From Felis catus (lineage: Eukaryota), in contig NC_058383.1 in the NCBI RefSeq assembly GCF_018350175.1, positions 7,874,001 to 7,938,000 of the forward strand: DNA of 64,000 nucleotides. The letters are read 5' to 3'. Positions 35,155 to 47,680 of the stretch are shown here, piece after piece. Position numbers and translations under genes: made by a program. The notes beneath the pieces were generated by a model. The model saw nothing but the letters and a program-made list of their open reading frames with translations. It made no database searches and was not told where the DNA came from. How positions within the stretch are numbered: position 1 is the first letter of the stretch; each line of letters opens with the position of its first letter.

Positions 35155-35839
35155 CTCAGAGGCCAGAGAAAGATGCAGCGCGACCCGAAGAGGCCAGGTG
35201 CGTGTCTGGTGCTTAGCCAGCCCTGCTTGGTGAGTACCCACAGTGCCCCATGTTTGCAATTCCTTCAGCGACTCTGGGTCGTGACGCGCTCGCCCGTGAG
35301 ACGTGAGAGGCACACACCTTCAAGGAGCTCCCAGTGAGCCTGGCATAGGTGAGCTTGCCAGCCATCCCCCGGCCCAGTCCCTGCCCCGCACGTCTCGGGT
35401 CTCAAAGAAAGAGAAGGATTCACAGGGTTCCCCTCGGCGAAGACTCCAAGGCCTGAGGGATTACTGTATGGAATTTTATATTCATAATTTTATATTCTTT
35501 TCTTTGTAGAGAAACCCCCAATTGTGGCGAATGGCACTTTGACCTCTGCCTTCAAATATTTGCCCCTGGACTCAAGTCCTTTGCTACACCCGCCTCTACC
35601 TCCTCCGAGCTTTCTGGACCCCCTTCACTCTTCAGGTCACCGGAACAGAGGCACCATCTAACTGTGTCACCTTGTGTTGGAGCTGACGTCACCTCCTGGT
35701 CTGAATTCACATGGGAAAGCCATTTCTTGACTGAATGGGACTTCCATGAAAGAATCCCCCTGCATTACCTTATGTTTGAAATTATTATTGTTACTGGCTT
35801 TTTTACTGATAGGAAGCATTCATTTTTAAAAACTGTGGT

Positions 35840-36005
35840 AGGGGCGCCTGGGTGGCTCAGTCGGTTGAGCGTCCGACTTCAGCTCAGGTCACGATCTCAC
35901 GGACCGTGAGTTCGAGCCCCGCGTCGGGCTCTGGGCTGACTGCTCAGAGCCTGGAGCCTGTTTCCGATTCTGTGTCTCCCTCTCTCTCTGCCCCTCCCCC
36001 GTTCA
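35840..36005 (+). mobile_element. Young CAN-SINE running into a gap
   Basis: GGGGCGCCTGGGTGGCTCAGTCGGTTGAGCG head; tail lost in Ns. Confidence 0.93.
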
Positions 36006-36155
36006 NNNNNNNNNNNNNNNNNNNNNNNNNNNNNNNNNNNNNNNNNNNNNNNNNNNNNNNNNNNNNNNNNNNNNNNNNNNNNNNNNNNNNNNNNNNNNNN
36101 NNNNNNNNNNNNNNNNNNNNNNNNNNNNNNNNNNNNNNNNNNNNNNNNNNNNNNN
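36006..36155. other. Assembly gap (150 N)
   Basis: N run. Confidence 0.99.
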
Positions 36156-36487
36156 GTCACCACCACCCATTTGTGTAGCTCCTCTCGTCTTGTAAAACTG
36201 AAATTCTATGCTCATTCAATAACAATTTCCCGTTTTCTCCCCCCACCCCCTCCTCACCAGCCTCTGGGAACCACTATTCACTTTCAACAGTGATCTCAAT
36301 AGAGATCGTTTGTCTCTGGGATCGCGAGTCTCTTGTAGACACAGTTGGAGTGTGAGTTTTTACCCATTCTGCTCATTTCTGTCTCTTGACTTTCATTTCA
36401 CCTTGGAGGACGCCTTGAAACATTTCTTGAAGGACAAGTCAGTGGTCATGAACTCTCTCAGCTTTTGTTTATCTGGGAATGTCTCTT

Positions 36488-36632
36488 TTTTTTAATGTTT
36501 GTTTTTGAGACAGAGACAGAGACAGAGACAGAGACAGAGAGGAGGGAATGGGCAGAGAAAGACGGAGACACAGAATCCAAAGCAGGCTCTGAGCTGTCAT
36601 CACAGAGCCTGATGTGGGGCTCGAACTCATGA
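36488..36632 (-). mobile_element. Truncated CAN-SINE with (GACAGA)n
   Basis: T tail, GAGACAGAGACA repeats, GGGGCTCGAACTCATGA. Confidence 0.85.
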
Positions 36633-39600
36633 GCTTTGGTTGTAGGCTTTCAGTCCAAGTCGTGGTAAGGGCAGGATGGAGACAGGGAAGAGAAAGGGGC
36701 AGAGGGAGTGAGGGGAACAAGTTTTCACCTCTCTCTCCTGCAGCTGGGACTGAAAATAAGGAAAGGCTGTGAGAGTCAGCCCCAGACTCCAGAATCCAAG
36801 GTCTTGACCAAGTGTATTCCCCATCCAGTTTTGCTGCTTCTTGGGAGGGGGGTGGTGCTGGGGAGGGGAAAGGTAGGGTCCAAGGAACTGCTCTGAGTGG
36901 CCCAGGTAGGCTGGGGGTCGGGCTGCCAGCAGCTCTCCCCATCTGACACCTCCTGGGCTAGTCTTGTCTCCTTGATGTCTTCCCTTCCCACAGCAGTGAG
37001 GTCAGATACCTGGAGGAGGGGGAGAGAGGAGTGAGGTGGACGGTGCAGAGGTGAACCTGTGCTTGGCCCCCACGTCCAGCAGGGTAGCTAACCGTGCCTT
37101 TCAGTTCCTGCTGGGTGCTGCTCTGTGCGAAGGGCTGCTTCCCGTAGCTGCCCCCGGTTCTGGCTCCTGCTCTGCCGCTGCACCAGACCCATAAAGCTGC
37201 TCAGGCTCCTCGACTTCCTCAGGGTGCTCAGGACCTCCACGGGGGCCAGAGGTGAGGGGGGCGGGCGGGAAAAGGGCTGCAGCGACCCTCTGGATATTCC
37301 AGGGCAGAGGTGTGTGGGGGGAAGTGACTCTGAAGCCTAAGGGGAGGCTCAGGAGGGATTCCTCAGAGCTTTGTGTGCAGGGGGCACTGAGACGGGGGAG
37401 GAGGAAGAAAGCCGGGTCCAGCTGGTGCCGCTCTCCATCCAGGACCAGGCAGGTGGCAGGTGTATGCATCGGGAGGGTGGGCATAACCTCTTTCCGGAAG
37501 AGTGCTCTTCCCACTTTGATTTGGTTTCCTGAGCCCCACATCTCTTCTGTCCTTCCCCCTACCAGCCCCAGTGCTCCCTCCTCTCTGGACTCTTCCTTTA
37601 CTTCTGGTGGTGCTTTCTCCATGATAGCCTTGACTCTGCCCCTGGAGGCGTCTCCTCTCTCTGGAGACGTCTCTGCCTTTGATCTCTGTCCCCTCCTCCA
37701 GCTCTGTCCCTATCTCTCCCACCCCCCACCCAGCCCATGTTTCTGGGCACAGCTGTCATTGGCAGGGCTGGGTTGGGGAGGGATACTGATTGCTTCCAAA
37801 AGGTTGGGTGTGTACCATCCAGTGTGAGGTCCAGGGCCTTCTCTCTTCTATTCCTTAGGAACTCCACAATTCCTCTGTATTTCCCTTTCCTCTGTCTCCT
37901 GGGGTCTGCTCCTGAACCCCAGTCCTAGACCTTCCTAACCTAGGAGCCCACAGGCCATCCTCTCACTTACCTCTAAGGCTACCTCCTGGCTCTAGAAGCT
38001 CCAACCCAGGGATCTTCATAATCCTCACCCCCATCTCCCTGACACACCCAGCTAGGCTGAGAAATGAAACCCCAGCTCTCAGAACAAAGATGTATTGAGT
38101 CCAAGGTGAAGAAGAGGCTGATGCTGAGGAGGTCTGGGCACTTCCTGCTTGCAACCACTGTCGCTGCAGGAGTCTCCCCGCCACTCAGCCCCAGCATTAT
38201 GAGATCTCTGACCCTCACTCTTACCCCCTGTAAAATGGGGTTGATGATTATGGAGTGAGGGGTTTATGTTTGTAAACTAATTAACCCAGTGGTCAAAATA
38301 AAGTGGGTGATAGAAAATATGTCTGTTTTCGTTAACACTTACTGCAAAACCTTCAGATTTTTGGGACCCATGCCTATCTGTTCAAAGCTTCCTTCTCTGT
38401 CCAGTCTCTTGGCCTACTAGTGTGGTCCTCTCTCCCTGTCCTTCAATCTCAATAAAGTCTGAGCCTCAGTCTCTGGTTTTCCCTTTGCAGCTCTCCGTGC
38501 AGATATCCCCTCTCTGACCCAATGGCTCCTGTGTCTATGATGTGTTGCCACCCCCAGCCTGGGCTTGGCTGGGCTCCCTTGGAAGAGGAAAGTTAGCCCA
38601 GACAGCAGTGTGTCATAGGGAGAAGGACAGCGGAGAGCCAAAGGGCGGGACTATGGGCAGCAGGGGGTGGAAGAGGAAGGAACAGAGTAAGGGAAACATG
38701 CATGTGTGGGGAAAGGGGTGGGGTGGAAGGACCCTCAGCTGAACCTGCGTGTTCAGCACAGCCATCCCAGGGCTAGAAAGTTCCCACTCAGAAGAGGAGG
38801 GCAAGGGACCGAGGGCACCCTCTTCAGAACCTCAAAGGCCCTAGCCCCAAGCTGCCTCTGATGGAGGGACAAGCAATGGAACTTCCTACCTTCTGCGAAA
38901 CATATCTGGAAAATGGCATGGTAGTAAAAAGCTTACATGGTGTTTAGAGTAATGAAACAACCTGCAAACGAATCCCTCTGTTCTCTCGTCAATACAGGCA
39001 CTTTCCCCATGGACGCATCCACTTCCGCTGAGCTTCTCCTCGGAGCAGGAGTGGCTCACACCGCTCTCAGCAACTCCCCCACGCTCCAAAGGCACAGCAA
39101 GGTGGCCACTCACCGTCCCCAGCAGGGCCTCTCCAGCTGCCAACAGTAGGGAACGCACACTTAAAATTTCCACCACCTCCCCCTACTTTAAACCTATTTC
39201 TGAAGCAGTGCTCAAAACTACAGTCAAGACCAACACCTCAACCATCCCGATGTCCAAGTTTGTCATCAAGGCTGAAACCACTCCACCCACCCTCATTGTC
39301 TACACGAGCACCATAAAGTGTATCAATCCCACGAGCCTTATAATCACTGCCGCTTACCCTGCCACCACCTGCATGACCCCAACTACCACCAAGAGACTCA
39401 CCTCTGCCATGATCTCTCCTCCCATGACCATTACCACTCTGGGGAAGACTCTCACAGCCATGGCCCTACTCTCTTCCTCTGTCCCAACCACGCACACAAC
39501 CTTCCATATGCCCACATCCTCTACAACTGGTAACACAAACAGGATTAGCCTGACCACAGCAAGCATTCATACAACCAGGTCTCTTACCCCAATAATCGCT

Positions 39601-42600
39601 TCTACCTCTATTGCCCCTTCTCTAACTGCCACGAACATCTCGGCAACAGTAACTGATCACAACTCTTCACCCATCGCCAGTACCGTCTTGATTATGACCA
39701 ACACTTCACTTCCTAACACCACCGTTACATTTAAAACAGTGACTGCCACCACTCATGATCCCACATCAACAAGTGTATTAACAACCCCTACAACACAAAG
39801 TGTATATCTGCTTCCACTGAAGTGACTGCCACGCTAAGTACACCAACAACAATCGCTTTGAAAACAATGAGCTCCACGGAAATGAAGCTTACGTGACAGA
39901 AACTCCTTCAACTTCTCCAGGCATGTCATCAATCACCCCAACAAATACAACTGTTTCTGCTACATCTACCACCTCTGAAACCGCCCTGGAACCCATTACC
40001 ACCCACATGACATTCACAACCACAGAACCACACTTCTCCACTGCAGCCACTACACACATGGGGAAGACAACCATCACACCTCATGCCACACCCCCTGGAA
40101 AACCACACTTATTCCTACACAGGACATTTCCACAGCGTCTTTCATGACAGAAATTACTTCTCCTCCCACAATCGCATCATTAATTACTCCCAGGAATACA
40201 GTCAATTCTCTGACATCAACCTCTTCTACCCCAGTGACCGCCAATCCCTTGACATCAGCCACGAGTATGTGTCTGTCTTCTCCACCTGCCCCATACACAA
40301 AACCAGTCTCCAGTTGGATCGCAAACATTACCCCTATATCTACCTTGATTATTGCTCCCTATAACCCACACCATGTCCACCCCTACATCTCCCACTATTA
40401 CTGGCACCATAGCTGCAACTGAAATCACCACTCCTATCAACACTTCCACCATTGCCACCTTGAACACAGCCTCTTTGCCCATTTCCTCCACTCTAGAAAC
40501 TGCCTCCAATGCTACTACAATCTTGGTAACAACCACCACCCCTAAAATACCACACAGTCCTCCAGGAGTCACTTCTTCAAATATCTACTCTACAGGAAGC
40601 ACGACCACATCAGCAATAACCCCATCTCCCACCACTGGTACCCCGAGGCTAGCCGTCACCATAAACTCATCCTCTGTTAGTACAGGCATGCCTGCCTCAA
40701 CACTGACAACCATCACCCCCACATCCAGGGGTACCAATGGTTCATTCATTACCATTCCTGACCTCACCTCTACAAGCACTGTTTTCAAAATGTCCACAAT
40801 CCCCACATGTATCATCCCATCTCCCCCAGCCTCCCAAAATACAGACACAACATGCAGTGTCATCACAACCTCTTCCACAAGGCTTACTCTGGCGCCCATG
40901 CTCACCAGTACCCACAGCACTCCCCCTCCCACCCTTGCTACACACACTCCAGTTACATATGCAGGCTCATCTTCCACGTCTACCAGCAGCAATGGGACCA
41001 TTCGGACAGAGAGTACTACCTCAACTGCAACGAGCACAAATACATCACACACAAATGCTAAATCCACCCCGGCACCCACTACCACTGACACACACACAGC
41101 ATCCCCGACCACAGGACGACCCTCTTCTACTAGATTTACTACATACACAGGCAAGGTGACTGTCACACCCTCTCATGCCACATCCACCTGGAAAACCACA
41201 CTTACTCATACAGGGGATGTTTGGACACAGTCTCTCACCATGGAGATTACTTCTCCTCTTGCAACTGCATCATCAATCACTCCCATGAATATGGTCAATT
41301 CTCTGACATTTATCACCTCTACTCCAGTCACCACCAATACTGTGACATCAGCCATGAGTATGAGTCTATCTTCTCCACCTGCCCCAACCGCAGTCAGTCT
41401 CCTCTTTGACAACAAACGCTACCCCTGTATCCACCTTGATTACTACCTTCCCTAGTACCCATGCTGCATTCACCCCTACAGTCACCATGGCCACAACTGA
41501 AATCACCACTCCCACAAACACTTCTATCTCTGCTACCTCGAGCACAGCCACTTCACCCACTCTCTCTGCCCCAGAAACAGCCATAACTGTTACTAGAGTG
41601 TTGGTAACACCCACCCCCACAATGTCACACAGTACATCTTGTGTTTCTCCTACACTTTCTTTCCCTACTCTGAGTACATCTACAGACGCGCTGACTACTT
41701 CTTTCGGTACTATTTCCTTTTCAATACCCACAACAATAATGTCCTCTTCTCTATCCTCCGCCAGTGTAAATTCAATGCTCACGACCACCCCTAACTCTCT
41801 TCCTACATTCTCACCTCTCTCTGGTATGGAAAATACAGGGACTTCTGTCACTGCTTTCACTACTCTTTTTTCATCCGAAACTACAAGAACTTCTCCAACC
41901 ATGTCTTCTCTAAAAGACCTTTGCGACTGAAACAACCACCACTTGTTTTATTTCTTCTACTACCCCATGTCCAGAATCTATATCAGTTACGATAGTGCCT
42001 GCCTCTCCCACTACTTCATGTATGGAAATGGGTCCAAGTAGTGAAGTTACTTCGATGCCTAACATCCCAATGTCAGTGTTCACCTCTACTACTGAGATGG
42101 CTACCTCCCCTAGTTCCACCAGTATGACAACTGTGTTTCCTAGGCATACGGACACTTCTGCTCCCGTTCTGGAAACGCATCCTACCAACAGCATAATGGA
42201 TGCTCCTAGTTCTATCAGCATTGGGACTGTCCCCAATTACACGGTTTTGATAAGCACTCAAAGACCCACCAGTGGAAGCTGGATGAGCACCAATTCTGTA
42301 ACCGTCCCACATATGCCTGGCTTCATGAGCCTCCCACTGACCATGAAACCAAGCAGCAGGTTTCCAACTGCCATGGTGGCTTCAATCAAGTTGACTCACT
42401 CCACCCCACCCACCATCAAGATTCCAGAAGCACCGGTAGTCATCTCTCAGACTACCACCACCTTTATGTCACCCAGGGCAACTTCAACCACTACTCAGAT
42501 GACCACACAGTCTAGACCGACTACACCTCAGGTTGGACTTACTGCTTCCCTGTTCCGTCTTCTCTCTCCCCTAATAAATTTCTGTGTCACCAAGGGCAAA

Positions 42601-43065
42601 CCCTATCCTGAACTTCCCTTTCTTACTGTGTTGCCCAGGCACCTGTGACCATGGTGGCACCTGGATGCTAGGCCTATGCCACTGCCCTTTGGGGTTCTCT
42701 GGGGACCACTGTGAGCTCCAGGAGATCAGGTGCCAGAATGGAGGTAAATGGGATGGCCTCAAGTGCCACTTCCCTAGCATCTTCCATGGCTACTGTTGGA
42801 GTTTGTGGTGGAAGAGGTGGATCTGGGTGAGTTGTCAGAGCCCTGCCTTTTGCACTTTCTCCTGGGAGGTGCCACTGGCTCTCTCTGGGCCCAGCCCTGC
42901 GGTTACCTGTTAGTATTCATGCCATTTTGCCTAATTCTGCCATTCTTGCCTTCTCTCTCATGCTTCCCTCTACCTCATCTCATGCCCCTTTTTCACCCTC
43001 ACCTCCAGGAGGTGGTTGGACCACACTCCTTCCTGTGGTCTCCTCCCAGTCTGGGCTGCTCCGAG

Positions 43066-43833
43066 CTGTATTAATTTCTAATTGCCACTGTAACAAATTA
43101 TACAAACTTAGCGGCTGAGATAATGCAAATTTATTATCTTACAATTCTGTAGAGTAGGAGTCTAACGTGAGTCTTACTGGGCTAACATCAAGGTGTCGGC
43201 AGGGCTGTGTTCTTCTCTGAAGGCTTTAGGGGAGAATCCATTTCTTTGCCCTTTTCAGGTTCTGAAGCCTCTCACATTCCTGGTCTCAAGGCTCCCTCTC
43301 TCCATCTTCAAAGCCAGCAACATTTCATCTCTGTGTCTTTTTTTTTTTCAAAAAATATTTTTAAGTTTATTTATTTTTGACAGAGAGAGAGGCAGAGAAT
43401 GAGCAGGGGAGAGGCAGAGAGAGATGGAGACACAGACTCAGAAGCAGGATACAGGCTCTGAGTTGTCAGCACAGAGCCTGACGCGGGGCTCGAACTCACA
43501 AACTGCGAGATCATGACCTGAGCTGAAGTCAGATGTTGAACCAACTGAGCCACCCAGGCGCTCCATCTGTGTCTTTCTTCTGTAGTCACATTTTCTTGTG
43601 ACTGATTCTGACCTCCTGTCTTTCTCTTCCACTGTTAAGGACTCTTGTGATTATGTTGAGCCCACCCAATAATCCACGTTAATTTTCCCATTTTAGTCAG
43701 ATGATTAGCAATTTTAATCTACATACAATCTTGATTCCTCCTTGCCATGCAGCATAACATATCCAGAGGTTCTGGGGACTAAGACATAGGCATCTTTGGG
43801 AGCCGTCATTCTGCCTCCCACTGAGGCAGACAA
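43066..43833 (-). mobile_element. MLT1-type LTR split by a CAN-SINE (43336-43561)
   Basis: ACAAACTTAGCGGCTG...ATCAAGGTGTCGGCAGGGCTG...CATCTTCAAAGCCAGCAAC...CATCTTTGGGAGCCGTCATTCTGCC; CATC..TGTGTCTTT on both sides of the SINE. Confidence 0.8.
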
Positions 43834-45414
43834 GGGAGAGACCACAGGTCTGACTGCTGTGCCTCCTTACCTCTAACCTTTCCCTCACCTTGGCACAACT
43901 TATCCTAGAAGTCCTATCTCCTTTCCCCCTACCATTCATTCAGTCTTCAGGGAACATGGAGAGGAGTGATAGGATGAACCTCTGGATTGTGGTGGTGGCA
44001 ATGGTGGTGAAGTGACCAGAACAGGGCATATTGTGCGCAGACACTGTGGGTGCTGAAGGGGATATGGAGGTGTCTGTTGACCAGGAGATCTCCCCTGACC
44101 TCAATGACAACACTTCCAAGGCCTACGAGGATTTCAGCGACACCTTCTGGAATCAGGTGACGGGGAAGGGGAGGGAACTCAAGGGTCTTTCCTTGAAGTT
44201 GAGCTTGGGCATCTGGGTGCACTCAGGTCATGAGGTTCAGGTGCAAGTGGAAGTGCAAGGATCCTGGCATTTCGGATGCAGAAGATTTACCAAAATGTGC
44301 AAGGATTCAAGGATGTGGAGATCCTGTCCCTGAGGCAGGAGACCCTTTTGGGGCTATGGAGGTAGTGTTGGGTGGGGGAAGGAGAATGAAGGGTGGGGGA
44401 ATGGAGAAGCCATCCTTTCCTTTTGGAATCAATCAGATTTCAAAAAGAGAGAGGTGGAAGTAGGACATAGGGGAACTAATAACTCCATGGGGAATTTTTT
44501 GGATCATTTTCTGTAGTCATTTCTCTGTAGGAGAGATGCCACCTTCCTTTTGAAGCATGGTTGGAAAGACAGAGATTACATGGGACATGCAGGGAGGTGG
44601 CGCATAAAGGCTTATGGGAAGCCTGGTGTCTGGACAGTAGCTGGTTTCTCTCTGGCTGGCACCTGGCCTGCTGAGTGGTCAGCCCGAGTGAGGCAAAGTG
44701 CCCAGGAGGGCCTGGTTTGATAATGGCTTGATGCAAGGCAGGAGAATGTCAATCATTCCTTGTCTTGCCTTCCAGGCTGACCAAGTCAGGGATGCTGGTG
44801 GGTCCTGAAAATAATGTGTCTGGAATCCCAACTCATTGCCTCTGCCTTCCTCTCACACCAGCGCACTTGTGGTTGGTCCTGGAGGTGACCTTCTAAAGAC
44901 CTATGTGCCCCAGGCCTGGGCACCCTGTAAGACACCCAATCTTCTCGATCCCCTCAGGAATGGCAGCATTGTGGTGCCCTTTAGCCTCCAGCTGGAGAGT
45001 GAGTATGAGAAGGTGAAGACAGTCTTGAAGGAGGAGATCCAGAATGTCAGCCACAATGGGGACAGCTGCCGGAGTGACTAGAGTAAGCCAAGACCGGAGG
45101 GAGGGGTTGGGGCAGAGCCACCAGCTTGGAGAGGAGCCTCTGGGCTCCGGTGCCAGCCCTGGGGTAGGCCTACAGCCAACTGGGCCAAGGATGGGGTTAA
45201 GGAGGGGCTAGTCCGAACCTGGGTGCTGGGGAAGACTCCTTGAAAGTTCTGCTCCAAGTTTTCAGGATGGCTGAGGATGCTTGCTTATTCGGGGGAGATG
45301 AGAGAGGCAAGAGTCACCTTCCCTTGCAGCCCCTCCACATGTCCCCCACAGTGGCAGAGCCCTCTCTGCCCCTCCCCAGGCTTCCCTGCTCTGCTTCCCT
45401 GTCCCTGACCCTCT

Positions 45415-45427
45415 ATTTATTTTTTAA

Positions 45428-45496
<69 letters not shown>

Positions 45497-45642
45497 AGCA
45501 GGGGAGGCGCAGAAAGAGGGAGACTGGGAATCCCAAGCAGGCTCTGCACTGACAGTGCAGCTCAGTGTCATGAACTATGAGATCATGACCTGAGCCCAGT
45601 TCAAGAGTCCAAGGCTTAACTGACTGAGCCACCCAGGCGCCC
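45415..45642 (-). mobile_element. CAN-SINE carrying a compound microsatellite (TG)14(AG)15 at 45431-45488
   Basis: Counted directly; SINE motifs follow. Confidence 0.92.
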
Positions 45643-47574
45643 CTGTCCCTGACCCTTTAACCTCTCTCAATTCCACCTGTGCCTGTGTCCCCCCTAGCCC
45701 TGTGTTTTAGGCCTGACTCCATCAAGGTGACCAATGACACCAGGAAGGAGCTGACCCTGGAAGGTAAGGGTGGGCAAAGGGATGAGTGGCCCCCGGAGGT
45801 CGTGACTCTCCCACCGCGGACATCTGCCCATTGACATTCTTGGGGAGGAGGGAAGACCTTTCAGGAGGCAAGTGGTGTGGCCCCGGCAGGGCTGTCCTTC
45901 CTGGAGCTTATTAGCTTCTCACCTGAGGACCAGCAGGGAAGGTGAGGGTCTTAGGGGCCGACCCTCCCCTCATCTAATCTCAGGGTCCACTCCACCACAC
46001 CCCACCCTCGGAAACATAGTTTCTCCCATCTGTTTTCAGCGTGATTATAACCAGGCCCCTGAATAGAGTGGATGAGGTCCTTGTCTCTCTGCACCCCCCT
46101 CCCACCTCCAGCCATCTGTCGCCGCCCCACTGCCAAAGGCTATGAGGATTTCTTCTTCCCCTCGGTGGAGGAGAACCGGCTCCGCTGCGTCACCAAATGC
46201 ACGTCGGGCGTGGATGGCGCCATCGACTGTCACCAAGGCCAGCGCCTTGTGGAGAGGAGCGGTCCCGCTCGCCGGTGAGGCCCTGAGCACCCGCGGGAGC
46301 CCCGCCCACCGCCCGCCCGGCCCGCGGCCCCGCCCCCTCGCCCCCCACCCCGGGGGGGCCCCCCCCCCCGCCCACCTGCCGGCGCCCACGGAGTCCAAGT
46401 ATGTTAGCCGACCCGCCCAGATGGTGGTGAGGGTCTGTGACCTGTGACCCCTGCTCCAGCTGCTTCTCCACGGACACGCGCTGGTTTTCGGGCCCGCGCT
46501 GCGAGGTGGCTGTCGCCTGGAGGGCACTGGTCGGGGGCCTGACGGGGGCCGCGGCTCTGCGGCTGCTGGCGCTGAGCATCTTCGTTGCTCGCTACAGCAC
46601 AGCCGGCCGAGGCGGAGGCAGGGAGCGCGTTGGGGGTGGGCGTGAGGGCGGCAAAGGGGTCCCCCCGCTGGGGCGGTCCTGCTCTGCCAGCGCGTCGCCC
46701 CAACTCAGGTCCTGGGGCGGCGACGGACGTGCGATGAGGACACTGTGGGGACGTTTTCGGACTTGGGCTTGGAGGACGAGCGAACAGGTGAGTCCTGCCT
46801 CCCGGGGAGGGGGGCAGAGGCTTCCCCGGGCGCCACTGCGGGCCTGGGGAGGACCCAACTACCTCCCTTGCCCGAGGCAGACACGGACCTCCTGCCGGGA
46901 AGCTTGAGTAGCCACTTCCCTGGGCACCCCCCGAAGGAGGCGCGGGTCCCGCACGCGCCATCCCTACAGGGCAGGCACTGGGCACAGGAGCCCCCCTCCC
47001 AGGCCTTGCTTTCCCCACCCTTCCTTCCCTTCTCCTTTCCTGCCCTTCTCCTCTCTTTCCTCCTGTTCTCCCCCCACCCCCCGCCCGCCCTTTTCTCTCT
47101 CTCTAGTCAAGGATGAAAACTTCCAGGTGGCCTTGGAGGACGTGGACATCAATGCGAGCGCGAGGGCGCCAAGGGGGGATGGTGAGGAGCTCTCCCAGAT
47201 CCAGGTCCAGAAGCCCTCCCGCCAGCCACCAGGGCAGGGGCCGGGCTAGGACCAGGAGGCAGTGGCTTTCCAGCCAGTCTGAGCAGGGTGGCTCCCTGTT
47301 CCCACTCCCTCTTTCACACATATTCTGTGGCGGGTGCACATCCAGAGACCTGAGGTGGCCTCCTCCTTGCTGTGGGCCCTGCGCCTCCCCCTCCCCCCTC
47401 CCCTGCCCCCTACCCCCAACGGTAGGAAGGAACCATACACACCGCATCCGTTTTGAGAGATGGCCCGAGGACTCGTGCAGCGCCGTCTCCCGGTTACCTT
47501 GGGCAAGATCCGACCAGCCCCCGATCCTCATCCTTCTCCCAGCTTGGGTGAAACCCACCTGGAGACCCGGTTCA

Positions 47575-47680
47575 AACCCAGGCTCCTCCACTGTGGGACC
47601 TCGGGCAAGTCAGTAACTTCTCTGAACCTGTAAAATGAGTATAGCATACTCGTGCTGATACCTTGAACGATTGTGGCGAA
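47575..47680. mobile_element. MIR fragment in the former MUC3 3' UTR
   Basis: CTGTGGGACCTCGGGCAAGTCAGTAACTTCTCTGAACCTGTAAAATGAG. Confidence 0.55.

Larger units (their letters stand above)
37191..47375 (+). pseudogene. MUC3A: Full-length disabled MUC3A-type transmembrane mucin (copy B)
   Basis: Exons 37191-37251 (signal; ATG replaced by ATA), 38998-42531 (PTS, several frameshifts/stops), 42639-42826 (EGF, 188 nt), 44041-44156, 44276-44334, 44958-45082 (SEA, GSIVV, in-frame TAG), 45698-45763, 46112-46274 (EGF2), 46460-~46621 (TM), 46709-46786, 47107-~47158, 47334-47375 (VHIQRPEVASSLL). Each resembles the recalled human MUC3A protein; MUC3A vs MUC3B cannot be resolved. Confidence 0.88.

Noticed and set aside
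35500-35640. AG/GT-bounded segment as SEA exon of relic A'
   Set aside because: No convincing similarity to 44041-44156 or to recalled MUC3/12/17 SEA exons.
37252-37827. 191-aa ORF with a Ser/Pro-rich part
   Set aside because: Lies in intron 1 of the MUC3 pseudogene, starts at the donor GTG, no homology recognised.
40255-42236. Val/Glu/Gly-rich minus-strand ORFs
   Set aside because: Antisense shadows of Thr/Ser codons in the mucin PTS region; the same applies at 60083-62170.
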